Assembly (NCBI GenBank): GCA_030390025.1
Contig: CM059432.1
Span: 65,102,001-65,166,000 of the forward strand
Length of the DNA: 64,000 bases
Source: Squalus acanthias
Lineage: Eukaryota
Reading direction: 5' to 3'
In this document: positions 1-12,242 of the stretch, piece by piece
Layout of the letters: every line of letters starts with the position of its first letter
Position numbering within the stretch: the stretch's first letter is position 1
Made by a program: the position numbers and the translations under genes
Notes under the pieces: generated by a model
Databases searched by the model: none
What the model was told of the DNA's origin: nothing
The model's input: the letters and a program-made list of their open reading frames with translations, nothing else

Positions 1-1340
1 CCCAGCCTTGATTGTTCTGGAGCCACGTCTCTGTAATCCCAATCACATCATATCCGTTAACATCAATTTGCACATTCAATTCATCCACCTTATTACGGAT
101 ACTCCTTGCATTAAGACACAGAGCCTTTAGGCTTGTTTTATTAACACCCTTTGTCCTTTTAGACTTATGATTTAGTATGGCCCTTTGTGTTTCTTGCCTT
201 TGTTTACTCGGATTTCCCTTATTGTTTCTCACCCTTCTAACATTTGTTTCTGACTGCATATTACTTCCCCTTGTTTCGTTACATAGGTTCCCATTCCCCT
301 GCCATATTAGTTTAAATCCTCCCGAACTGCCTTAGCAAATATTACCCCGAGGACATCGGTTCCAGTCCTGCCCAAGTGCAGACCGTCCCTTTTGTACAGG
401 TCCCACTTCCCCCAGAACTGGTTCCAATGCCTCAGGTATTTGAATCCCTCCCTCCTGCACCACTGCTCAAGCCACGTATTTAATCTCGCTATCCTGTTCA
501 TGCTACTCTGATTAGCACGTGGCACTGGTAGCAACCCAGAGATTACTACCTTTGAGGTCCTACTTTTCAATTTAGCTCCTAGCTCCCTAAATTCTGCTTG
601 TAGGACCTCTTCCCGCTTTTTACCTATATCGTTGGTACCAACATGCACCACGACAGCTGGCTCTTCACCCTCCCTTTCCAGAATGTTCTGCAGCCGCTCC
701 GAGACATCCTTGACCCTTGCACCAGGGAGGCAACATACCATCCTGGAATCTCGGTTGCGGCCACAGAAACTCCTGTCTATTCCCCTTACAATTGAGTCCC
801 CTATCACTATAGCTCTACCACTCTTTTTCCCGCCCTGCTGTGCAGCAGAGCCAGCCATGGTGCCATGAACCTGGCTGCTGGTGCCTTCCCCTGGTAGGTC
901 ATTTCCCCCAACAGTATCCAAAACGGTATATCTGTTTTGGAGGGAGATGACCGCAGGGGACTCCTGCACTACCTTCCTGATATTGCCCTGCCTCTTGGTC
1001 ACCCATTTACTGTCTGACCTAGCCTTTACCCGCGGTGTGTTCAACTCACTAAATGAGTAATCCACAAAGTTCTCGGCATCGTGGATGCTCCAGAGTGCCG
1101 CCATGCGGTCCGTCAGGAGCTGCAGCTGGATGCACTTCCTGCACACATAGTTGTCAGGGACACTGGAAGTCCCTGATTTCCCACATAGCACAGGAGGAGC
1201 ACGACACGGTTCCGAGATTTCCTGCCATGACTTAACCCTTATATTACTTTATTAAGTTAAGTCCCTGAAAACAAAATATAAATCGAACCTACCTTTTAAA
1301 TTCCCTCTACCCCTAAAGGTTAGAGGAGGTGGGAGACACT
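1..1340 (-). mobile_element. CR1 LINE, 5' part (5'UTR, ORF1, start of ORF2), running off the window
   Basis: ORF1 from ATG ~1229 (MAGNLGTVSCSSCAMWE, frameshift ~1165) to 307: CxxC..CxxC, then SGNH esterase motifs GDS, GTND, DGLHL. ORF2 start (CLNARSIRNKVDEL) at ~130-70. Confidence 0.9.
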
Positions 1341-1349
1341 ACTAGTGTT

Positions 1350-2472
1350 TGTTATGGGATTGGGGGTAAGGTACTGACTTGGATAGAAAACTGGTTGGCA
1401 GACAGGAAGCAAAGAGTTGGAATAAACGGGTCTTTTTCCGACTGGCAGGCAGTGACTAGTGGGGTACCGCAGGGATCGGTGCTAGGACCCCAGTTATTCA
1501 CAATATATATTAATGATCTAGACGAGGGAACTAGATGTAATATCTCCAAGTTTGCAGACGACACAAAGCTGGGTGGGTGTGTGTGCTGTGAGGAGGATGC
1601 AGAGAAACTCCAGTATGATTTGGACAGGTTGGGTGATTGGGCAGATGCATGGCAGATGCAGTATAATGTGGATAAATGCGAGGTTATCCACTTTGGTGGC
1701 AAAAGCAAGAAGGCAGATTATTATCTGAACGGCAATAGATTGGGAAAAGGGGAAGTGCAACGAGACCTGGGTGTCCTTGTGCACCAGTTGCTGAAGGTAA
1801 GCATGCAGGTGCAGCAGGCGGTTAAGAAGGCAAATGGTATGTTGGCCTTCATAGCGAGAGGATTCGAGTACAGGAGCAAGGATGTCTTGCTGCAGTTGTA
1901 CAGGGCCTTAGTGAGACCACACCTTGAGTATTGTGTGCAGTTTTGGTCGCCTTATCTGAGGAAGGATGTTCTTGCCATGGAGGGAGTGCAGCGAAGATTC
2001 ACCTGGGATGGCAGGAATGACGTATGAAGAGAGATTGGGTTGATTAGGCTTATATTTGCTAGAGTTTAGAAGAATGAGAGGGGATCTCATTGAAACTTAT
2101 AAAATTCTAACAGGACTAGACAGACTAGATGCAGGAAGGCTGTTCCCGATGGCGGGGGAGTCCAGAACCAGGGGTCACAGTCTAAGGATAAGGGGTAAGC
2201 CATTTAGGACTGAGATGAGGAGGAATTTCTTCACCCAGAGAGTGGTGAACCGATGGAATTCTCTACCACAGAAGGCAGTTGAGGCCAATTCATTAAATAT
2301 ATTCAAGAAGGAGTTAGATATATTTCTTAAGGCTAAGGGGATCAAGGGATATGGGGAGAAAGCAGGGACAAGGTACTGAATTTGGATGATCAGCCATGAT
2401 CGCATTGAATGGCGGAGCAGGCTCGAGGGGCCGAATGGCCAACTCCTGCTCCTATCTTCTATGTTTCTATGT
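1350..2472 (+). mobile_element. CR1 LINE, 5'-truncated ORF2 (RT) and 3' tail
   Basis: [36 protein letters not shown]; tail ttctatgtttctatgtt. Confidence 0.92.
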
Positions 2473-3399
2473 TATGTATGCATATTAACAGCTTAGTATC
2501 AGATAGTTCCCTGTGTTAATTGTGACACTAATTAATGGAAGGCTAATGATATTATAATTAACTAGACTATACTAATTTAATTAACTTGTCTAGATTAAAT
2601 TTCAAAACCGACAGAAATTAAGTACTAACTACCATTATTAATTACACTAAAAGTATTATAGATGTTCAAAATTGGGTAAAATATGTTCACCTGAAGTCAA
2701 ATATTCAGAGAATATTAAAGAATTCTCTTGCAATAAAACATGGTTCAAGCCTAGGCCGTTTGTGTCTCTCATTATGTAGGACACAAGTCTATAATTGTTT
2801 TGATACTGTATAATGCCACAATTATTTTCTTAATCCATTATTTAGAAATCTCTGCTACAAAGTTTCTTGTACATCCCTTGTTTATATGTTTCTACTTGGT
2901 GTTAAACCATATTGGACTTGTAGGCCAAGAAATTGGTTGATGCCGCACCCATTTTACAGGCGTAAAACGAGCGCCAGTGTGTCCAATATGCTGGGTGTCA
3001 GGCATGCGCACATTCTGTGCTGGAAGTACACTGTTTGAATTATGGGTAAAGGCAGAAAATGAAGCGTCCAAATGGTGGCCTAACGCCTGCTTGAGGCCTC
3101 CTTTGAAAAATTGGGCTGCCCTTAACGCAGCTGGTGGCGGACTGGCTGCGTTCATGAAAACCTGGTCCACGTGCGCCCTAACCAGCAGTCCTTAAAAGAA
3201 GCGGTGGCATAAGTTTGTTTAAAAATACTTACCTGAATGTGGAGCTGGGAAAGAAAGAAAGAAAGAAAGACTTGCATTTATATAGTGCCTTTCACGAACA
3301 CCGGACGTCTCAAAACGCTTTACAGCCAATGATGTACTTTTTGAAGTGCAGTCACTGTTGGGAGGAGCAGGAGTGAGGTTCATGAGGTCCCAGACGCTA

Positions 3400-3730
3400 C
3401 ACTGACATAACTGCGCCATTATCCTATCAACATTCCAGCAATTTGCAGCAAAAATATAGTGCAATGTCAATGGTGAGCTAAACAGTCCAATCAACATCAA
3501 TCACCGTGATGTCCGCCATTGCAGCAATTTCTGGCCCATAATATTTTCAATGGATGCCTGGTACCAGCAAGCACATGGTTTTTACCATCTGGCTGGGTGC
3601 ATGCTGTATTTGATGGCACTCATGTGGCTATGCGAATGTCAACAGATAAAAGTCCACCTTACATGAATCGTAAGGGGTATTACTCTATCTATATGCAGAT
3701 TGTGTGAGATTATAAAAATACCTGGGAAGC
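3400..3730 (+). pseudogene. PIF/Harbinger transposase relic
   Basis: VHAVFDGTHVAMR..YMNRKGYYSIYMQIV* resembles the HARBI1-type DGTH / NRKG.HS.N.Q motifs. Confidence 0.7.
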
Positions 3731-3755
3731 TGAGAGAGAGAAACAGAGACACAGG

Positions 3756-4416
3756 GGGCTGTATTTTCATTGACCCGTGGAGGTGGGTTTGGAGGCGTGT
3801 GGGGGGTTGAAATTGTGAAAACTGGCGGGTGGGCACAAGCCCGCCTCCATGCAATTTTCATTAAATCGTGTCTACTGGTCCCGACTCCGTCCCGCCTCTA
3901 ACAGGTGGGATAGGCTGTTAAGGCCCTTAACAAGCACTAAATTGCCTCTATAATGCTATTTTGAAAGGCCTTTGTGATTTTAACCCCTTTTTCTACATGA
4001 AGCACTCCTGTTCTGAACCACGAATGTGAAACCTGGCGGGAGCACATTTGGATGGCTGGCTGGCTGGCTATGGGGATGCATATATGGATGGATGGGAGGA
4101 GACATATCTGGGAGTGGTGGTGTAAAAATATCTGGGAACAGACTTAGGGCTGCTGCTGCTCATTTTGCATCCAGGTCCTCTCACAGCAAAGGCCAGGCAG
4201 TCTCTGAAGACCTTCAATGCAGCAGCAATGATGACATCATCAGAGGCGACTTTCAGACTGAAAACACTAATTGGGTCATGGGTTCCCACATGCTGGAACT
4301 CAATTTCCCAATTAGGTGAAAATTGCATCAATCTCCCACATCCAATTGCAGTCGGGTGGATAACACAAAAAGTGGATGACACGACCCCAACCCGCCCCAG
4401 TATCAAAATCCAGCCC
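3756..4416. mobile_element. Harbinger-type MITE (family A)
   Basis: TIRs GGGCTG(T/G)ATTTT, 3-bp TSD AGG; inverted near-copy at 44510-45190. Confidence 0.85.
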
Positions 4417-4520
4417 AGGGTCTTCGACGGTAGCACAAAATGGACAATATTGAATCGGCAGCCCGTTTACACCTCGCTCGGTTTTCTTTTCCATTGACTC
4501 TCACCGACACTTGAATAAAA

Positions 4521-4606
4521 GGCCCTGAAATTCTGCAGGGGTTCTACCGGTCTCCCCCTTTAACTCTGGAGGGAGAGGAACAGAGCCCCCATAGAATTCC
4601 AGGGCC
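4521..4606. mobile_element. 86-bp hairpin mini-MITE
   Basis: Ends GGCCCTGAAATTCT ... AGAATTCCAGGGCC. Confidence 0.65.
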
Positions 4607-5746
4607 AATAACTTAAAAAAAAATACAAAGAAGCATAACAAGAGAAATGACTGCAGCAGAGTAAGACTATTGCCAGTGCTGCTTTACAAGCGAGAATTAT
4701 TTTCCTGAAGTAGTGTAATGGAATTACTTTGTTTTGTTTTGGCTATTGAAGCAATAAAGAAGTCAAAACTATTTTTTCAGCGTATTCCTTACATGCTACT
4801 ATACAAGGCTGAGTTATCCAAATTGGATTTGGTTCAAGTGAACTTAAGCATGTGAAAATTACAGGAGAAACCGCAAATATTAAGAGTCTTTGCTGTGGAA
4901 TTGTCTAATTACATGCTTACATAATTCTCAAACTGTTCAACCATTGTGTGAAGAGACTTCTTCATATATAGGCTGATTTTCCTAACTCTAGTACCACAAG
5001 AGCCCCTGTAGAAGAAGCATTATCAATGGATAATATAAAAAAAAATATGGGCAGAGACTTGCAATGCCCGGCCTCTGATCTAACAGCACTCCCCGTGAAC
5101 CACTTGCCATTGATGCTGACAGCACCCTTAACCCTGAGGCTCAGGGAAACGCAGCAGTGAACATCAGGGAGTTTTCATCGCATTTATGACATCATAGAAA
5201 GTTGTGTCCTGATTTGCAGGTGCAGCATCGGCCACAGGTTGTGGGCAAGGTGCCCCCATAAAGAGGAGGTATTGTGAAAAGTTAAAAGACTGTTCGAGTG
5301 TTGGGAGGCCTGACAGCAGATTTGGGAAGGTGAAGCAAGTAATCTGCTCTTGGGGTTTGTGTTGCTGCTTAAAGAGGCTTTCACTTGTGATAGTTTGTCT
5401 TGCTATTTGTGGCACAAGCAGATATGTTACATGACTGAAGAGTTCATGAAGATTGTCTTTTTCATTATATTTGCTGATGAACGAATATTGTGAGGGTATA
5501 ACATTTAAGTTGGATAAGTGGAAACTAAAACTCAGAGGACTATTCTTGATCTATGCTTTATTTTTTTCTTAGTCCTTCAATGTTTGTTGCACCGTGAATT
5601 ACCTGCACAATATTTTTTATTAATCAATTTGTGGCAACTGCTGCAAAGAAAATCTTGCTTTCCTAGGGAGTATGAAGTTCCGCTTTATGTATCCAAATAC
5701 CAGTTCAATTTTAATGCTAGTCACATTGGCTCTCAGTAAACATTGC

Positions 5747-6209
5747 GGCCTAGAAATGGAGGTGTTAGCACTGGCCATTAAGGCACATTTTGTTGAAAAA
5801 AATGGTGGCCACCTCACTGCCACCCACTTCCAGCGAGTCCCGCGGCAGCCGCCATTTTCACAGTTCGACAGCGCTGCCGTTGTCTGTGCTCGCGGCAAGT
5901 ACTTTAATTAGCAGGAGCATGATGTCAATCGGCATGCAACACTGAATTGACACACGCTCATCCATTTTGGAGCTCGCCGCTTCTCTTACCGCCCTCTCCA
6001 ATGCATACCCGTGCATGCAGCCATTGACAGCATGGAGAGGTGGGAGAAAGTGGTGGTGAGCTAGAACCCATACAGTAAATAGCTGCTGGGATAACTGTTA
6101 GCAGGCAACACCAAAATTCCGGTGATGCCTGCGCTCTTTTTGCGGGCGGTCGTTAGCCCTGGCCCGCGCTGTTACTGGCAGGTTTCTGGCCTACTCGAAT
6201 TTCTAGGCC
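5747..6209. mobile_element. Harbinger-type MITE
   Basis: Perfect 11-bp TIR GGCCTAGAAAT ... ATTTCTAGGCC; GC-rich interior. Confidence 0.7.
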
Positions 6210-8043
6210 GAAGAATGCATTTTATAAAGTTTATAGGTAATCCAGACAGAAGTTACTAAAACATAATGGAACTGACTTACCAGAATTAGTAGGCCATACT
6301 CACACAAGGCCTCACATCAACCCACTATCAGTATCAGCTGATTGAGCTGTCCTGACCAGTACCCTATGCCCTCCCCCACACCCCACTGCCACTACACCTG
6401 TTGAAAGTAAACACCTAACAGACCTACACGTGACAATCTGGACAGATCTCACATTTTAAGAACCACTAATCCCCCTAATCCAGGGAGTCTGTAATGGCAA
6501 TTGTCTAAGATTGGGAACACAGCATCGGCCAGGGATCAAACCTAATGGCAAATGCAATTGGAGATTATTAACAAAAAGCAGAGCTCACCGGCATCCAAAA
6601 TGATCTCATAGGCTTAGTATGTGTCAACATTTCTTCAATATATCCTTTAATTGCCTAAGACAACAGTTCCAAAGCTAACCAAATATAGTTATGATCAAAC
6701 TGTACAGTGCTCTGGTCAGATTGCAACTTGAGTGCAGAGAAGAGCTACGAGGCTGATCCCTAGTATCAGGGGTCTGAGTTGTGATAGAGACTGAAGAGAC
6801 TTGGGCCTGGAAATTGGATAACGCTGGAAAACAGGCAAGGGCACCGCGATGTGAGATATGCCCGCGCCCGTTCAAAAAGCAATTCAGCTTCGTGCTGCCT
6901 GCTATTTATCATTATTGTGGTGCACAGCCTAGCCTTACTTAAAACTAGCCAGCTCCTCTTCAAGGCAGTCTGCACCTCTTAAAGGTGAGCTGCCTTCTGC
7001 TGATCAAAAATGCGAAAAGTGCTTCAGCACTAACACAAATAGATCAACAGGCCAGGAGATTCCAGTGCCCAAAGAAGTTTCATGATCTCAGACGAGTGGT
7101 CAAGGTCAGTGACTGCATCTTCAAAAGCCATCTCCTACCAACTGCACCACTAGCCTCACACACTGCTCAATGCATGAACCCCCACCTCCCAGTCTCCATC
7201 ACTCATCTACCAACAATCTCTACCAAACACGAAGCACACCTCACATTCCTAGCTTCACCTCAACCCCTTGGAGGAGACGGTGCTGGCCATTCTTGACAGG
7301 GGCATGGCTGAGCCGTTGGCCAGTGGCGGGGCTGAAGGAGTACAAGATGCTGTTACCCTCACACGTTATCCTCCTTCTCACATCCCACTTCCCCCTCATC
7401 CTACAATCTCTTCTGATGTACAAGCTGCACATGGTGAAAGCATGCACCTCTTGCTTTAGTCTCCTCCCCTCACCACAAACATATCCTTGTCAATTCAGAC
7501 ACCCAGGAAATGCAACCTGCCCAGCCAGTGATTGACCAAGAAGAGGGAGAGGAGAGTGAAGACAAAGAAGAAGAAACATCGACACTCAATTTCACACTCC
7601 CAGCCACCAGCTCCATCTGCAGTGTCCCCCACTCAAAGTCAGCAGCCTTCCACCAGCCATGCTACTGCCACTGGGGTAGCACTGCGCAACAGCACTAGGA
7701 TAGGCAAAGGCACACACAAGACAGTCACTAAGGAAATGCACAAGGGTGATCAGTTGATTTTTTGATGTAATATTGGATGCATATATGGATAAAATTGGAT
7801 TGGAAAATTTGCTTTGTAGCGGATCTTATTTCAGCATTGTGGCCAAGAGGACATTGTGATGGTCAGTAACAGAGGGAAAGGAAGGTGTAGGATACATGTT
7901 GATAGGGGATTTGGGGCTATGTTCACTGATACCGCAGGTGGATGATTCGATCTGGATATCCCAGCCAGAGAGGGGCTGTCTGGGTTGCCTCCTTCCTTCC
8001 GCTTCCTTCTCTTCTGCTTTTTCCTCTTCTGCTTCTTCCTCTT

Positions 8044-11000
8044 AGAACATAAGAACATGAGAAATAGGAGCAGGAGTAGGCCATTCGGCCCTTCGAGCCT
8101 GCTCCACCATTCAATGAGATCATGGCTGATCCTCTGCCTCAACTCCATTCACCGGCTCTATTGCCATATCCCTTGATGCCCTTACTAGTCAGAAATCAAT
8201 CGACTTCTGTTTTGAATATACCCAATGACTGAGCCTCCACAGCCCTCTGGGGTAGAGAATTCCAAAGATTCACCACCCTCTGTGTGAAGAAATTTCTTAT
8301 CATCTCAATCCTGAATGGCCTACCCTTTATCATGAGGCTGTGGCCCCTGGTTCTAGACTCCCCAGCCAAGGGAAACATTCTCCCAGCATCCATCCTATCA
8401 AGCCCTGCAATAATTTTGAATGCTTCAATGAGATCCCCTCGCATTCTTCTGAATTCAAGAGAATACAGGCCTAGTTTACTCAATCTCTTCTCATACGACA
8501 GTCCCACCATCCCAGGAATCAATCTCGTGAACCTTCGTTGCACTCCCTCTATGGCAAGTATATCCTCTTTAGGTAAGGAGACCAAAATTGTACACAATAC
8601 TCCAGGTATGGTCTCACCAAGACCCTATATAATTGGAGTAAGAATTCTTTACTCCTGTACTCAAATCCTCTTGTAATAAAGGCCAGCATACCATTTGCCT
8701 TCCTAATGGCTTGCTGCACCTGCACATTCACTTTCAGAGTCTCATGTACAAGGACACCCAGGTCCCTTTGAGCATCTGCATTCTCCAATCGTTCACCATT
8801 TAGGAAATACTCTGCCTTTCTGTTTTTTCTACCAAAGTGGATAACTTCACATTTATCCACATTATATTCCATCTGCCATGTTCTCGCCCACTCACTGAGC
8901 CTGTTGAGATCCCCTTGAAGCCTTTTCACATCCTCTTCACAACTGACACTGCCACCTAGCTTTGTATCAGCAAATTTGGAAATGTTACATTTAGTCCCCT
9001 CATCCAAATCATTGATATAGATTGTGAATAGCTGGGGCCCAAGCACCGATCCTTGCAGTACCCCACTAGTCACAGCCTGCCATCCTGAAAAAGGCCCATT
9101 TATCCCTACTCTTTGTTTTCTGTCTGTTAATCAATTCTCAATGTTGCTAGTACTTTTTTTTTACCAATAATAATTTCTTTAAATTCCCCATCCTCGTCAC
9201 ACCCTTAGTTTTCTCGTATTTCTGGGAGGTATTTTGTGTCTTCCTACATGAAGACAGAAACAAAGTATTTGTTTAATTTCTCAGCCATTTCCTCATTCCC
9301 CATTATAAATTCTCCCGTCTCTGACTGTAATGGACCTACATTTATCTTTGCCAGTCTTTTCCTTTTCACATACCTATAGAAGCTTTTACAATCCGTTTTT
9401 ATATTTTTCGCTAGTTTGTGCTCATATTCCATTTTCCCTTTCTTTGTCAATTCTTGGTCCCCCTTTGCTGATTTCTACAAAGATCCCAATCCTCAGGCTG
9501 ACTGCTTTTTCTGGCAACTTTATAAGCTTCCTCCTTTGACTTAATACTAGCTTTAATTTCTTTTGTTAGCCATGGTTGGATCACTTTTCCTTTTGGGTTT
9601 TTATGCCCTAGAGGAATACATGTTAGTTGCAAATTATGCATTATTTCCTTGAATGTTAGCCATTGTATGTCCACCTTCATACCTTTTAGTGTAGTCTCCC
9701 AATCTACCATGGCCAACTTGTCCCTCATACCCTTGTAATTTCCTCTGTTTAGATTGAAGTCCTTAGTTTCAGATTGGACTACATCACTCTCAAACTTAAT
9801 GTAAAATTCAACCATATTATGGTCACTTGTCCCTAAAGGCCCCTTTACCACAAGATTATTGATTAGCTCTTTCTCATTACACAGTACCAGATCCAGAATA
9901 GCCTGTTTCTTGGTTGTTCCTCCACATACTGATCCAGGAAACCATCTCGCATGCATTCCAAGAATTCGTCCTCTGCACCATTAATGGTAATTTGATTTGC
10001 CCAGTCAATATGTAGATTGAAGTCCCCCATGATTACCATATTGCCCTTGTTACGTGCACTTCTAATCTCTTGGTTGATACTACATTACCATTACTGTTTG
10101 GTGGCCTATACACAACTCCCACCAATGTTTTCCTCCCTTTGCTGTTTCTTAGCTCCACCCAAACTGATTCTAGTTCTACATCACGATCTGCCAAGCTAAG
10201 ATCTTTTATCTCTACCGTACCAATCTCATCCCTTATTAACAGCACTACGCCACCTCCTTTTCCTTTTTGTCTGTCCTTCCTAAATGTTGAGTACCCTGGA
10301 ACATTCAGTTCCCAGCTTTGGTTACCCTGCAACCATGTCTCTGTAATGGCAATTACATCATACCCATTTACTTCTATTAGTACCATTAAATCATCCACCT
10401 TGTTGCGAATGCTACGTGCATTTAGATAAAGTGCCTTCAACTTTGCTTGTTTAATATTTTTCTGCACTTTAACCCTCTTTACTGTTGGCCTTTGTTTCTG
10501 CTCCCTACTAGTTTTGCTGACTACTTTTCTAATTTGCACTTCCAGCTTTGTTTCTCTCCGTTCTGGGCCCACACTTAGGTTCCCAGCCCCCTGGCAAACT
10601 AGTTTAAATCCTTCCAAACAGCACCAGCACCTGCGAGGATGTTGGTCCCGTTTCTGCCGAGGTGTAACCCGTCCAGCTTGTACAGGTCCCACCTTCCCCA
10701 GAATCGGTCCCAATGCCTCAGGAATTTAAATCCCTCCCTCCTACACCATCTCTCCAGCCATGCATTCATCTGATCTATTCTCCTATTTCTGCTCTCACTA
10801 GCACGTGGCACTGGGAGTAATCATGAGATTACTACCTTTGAGATCCTGCTTTTTAATTTATTTCCTAGCTCCCTATATTCTGCTTGCAGGACCTTGTCCC
10901 TCTTTCTACCTACGTCGTTGGTACCAATATGGAGCACGACCTCTGGCTGTTCACCCTCCCCCTTCAAAATGTCCTGCAGCCGTTCAGTGACATCCTTGAC

Positions 11001-12242
11001 ACTGGCACCAGGGAGGCAACATACCACCCTGGAGTCACGTCTGCGGCCACAGAAACGTCTATCTGTTCCCCTTACGATAGAATCCCCTATCACTATTGCT
11101 CTCCCACTCTTTTTCCTCCCCTCCTGTGCAGCTGAGCCACTCGTAGTGCCACGGACTTGGCTCTTGCTGCATTCCCCTGAGAAACCATCTCCCCCAGCAG
11201 TATCCAAAATGGAAAATCTGTTGGAGAGGGAGATGGACCCAGGGGAATCCTGCACTACCTTCCTAGTTCTTTTACTCTATCTGGTGGTCACCCATTCCCT
11301 GTCTGCCTGTGCACTCTTTACCTGCGGTGTGACCACCTCGTTAAACGTGCTATCCACGAAGATCTCAGCCTCGTGGATGCTGCACAGTGACTCCAGCCGC
11401 AGCTCCAGCTCTGAAACGCGGATTTCGAGTAGCTGCAGCTGGAGACACTTCCTGCACACGTGTTCGCCCTGGACACCAAAAGTGTCCCTGACTTCCCACA
11501 TAGCACAGGAGGAGCACTCCACGCTGCCGAGCTGCCCTGCCATGTCCTACCCTTAATTTACGCCCTTTACTTCCTCTAAATTAAAGAATATTAAATACAC
11601 TAGGGACCTTACTTCACTTTTAACACTACTTACTATAAACTAGAAACCTTACTTTTACTTTAACAACCGGACTGTAGAAATACTCACCAGGTCCTTGTGC
11701 CGATGACACTTTTAATCTCTGACGTCACTTTCGAATGTTGCCTATTGAGGTCCGCCTTGCTGCTGCTCCCAATAGCTCGGTCTGGGCCTCGAGCCTCGGG
11801 CTTTATTTCCTCGCTCCTCTTTAGCCTGCTCCCTCACAGGTCCGTCCGCTCTCGCTGCTGCTCCCAATAGCTCGGTCTGGGCCTCGAGCCTCGGGCTTTA
11901 TTTCCTCGCTCCTCCTTCGCCTGTTCCCTCACAGGTCGGTCCGCTCTCGCTGCTGCTCCCAATAGCTCGGTCTGGACCTCGAGCTTCGGGCTTTATTTCC
12001 TCGCTCCTCTTTAGCCTGCTCCCTCACAGGTCAGTCCACTCTCGCTACTGCTCCCAATAGCTCGGTCTGGGCCTCGAGCCTCGGGCTTTATTTCCTCGCT
12101 CCTCCTTCGCCTGTTCCCTCACAGGTCGGTCCGTTCTCGCTGCTGCTCCCAATAGCTCGGTCTGGGCCTCGAGCATCAGGCTTTATTTCCTCGCTCCTCC
12201 TTTGCCTGTTCCCTCACAGGTCGGTCCGCTCTTGCTGCTGCT
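8044..12242 (-). mobile_element. Near full-length decayed CR1 LINE
   Basis: ORF1 fragments 11543-10599 (Cys motifs, GDS/GTND/DGLHL); ORF2 endonuclease (LYLNARSIRNK, ITETWL, SDHN) and RT to ~8196; tail (atgttctt)n at 8044. RT N-terminal part deleted near 9140-9150. Confidence 0.92.
11750..12242. repeat. Tandem array, 5 x 95 bp, at the CR1 5' end
   Basis: ctcccaatag recurs at 11766, 11861, 11956, 12051, 12146. Confidence 0.95.

Noticed and set aside
307..1191. Host SGNH esterase gene
   Set aside because: It is CR1 ORF1; four decayed paralogues in the window each precede an ORF2.
11750..12242. Regularly spaced repeats as a CRISPR array
   Set aside because: Units are contiguous with no unique spacers, there are no cas genes, and the context is a vertebrate LINE.
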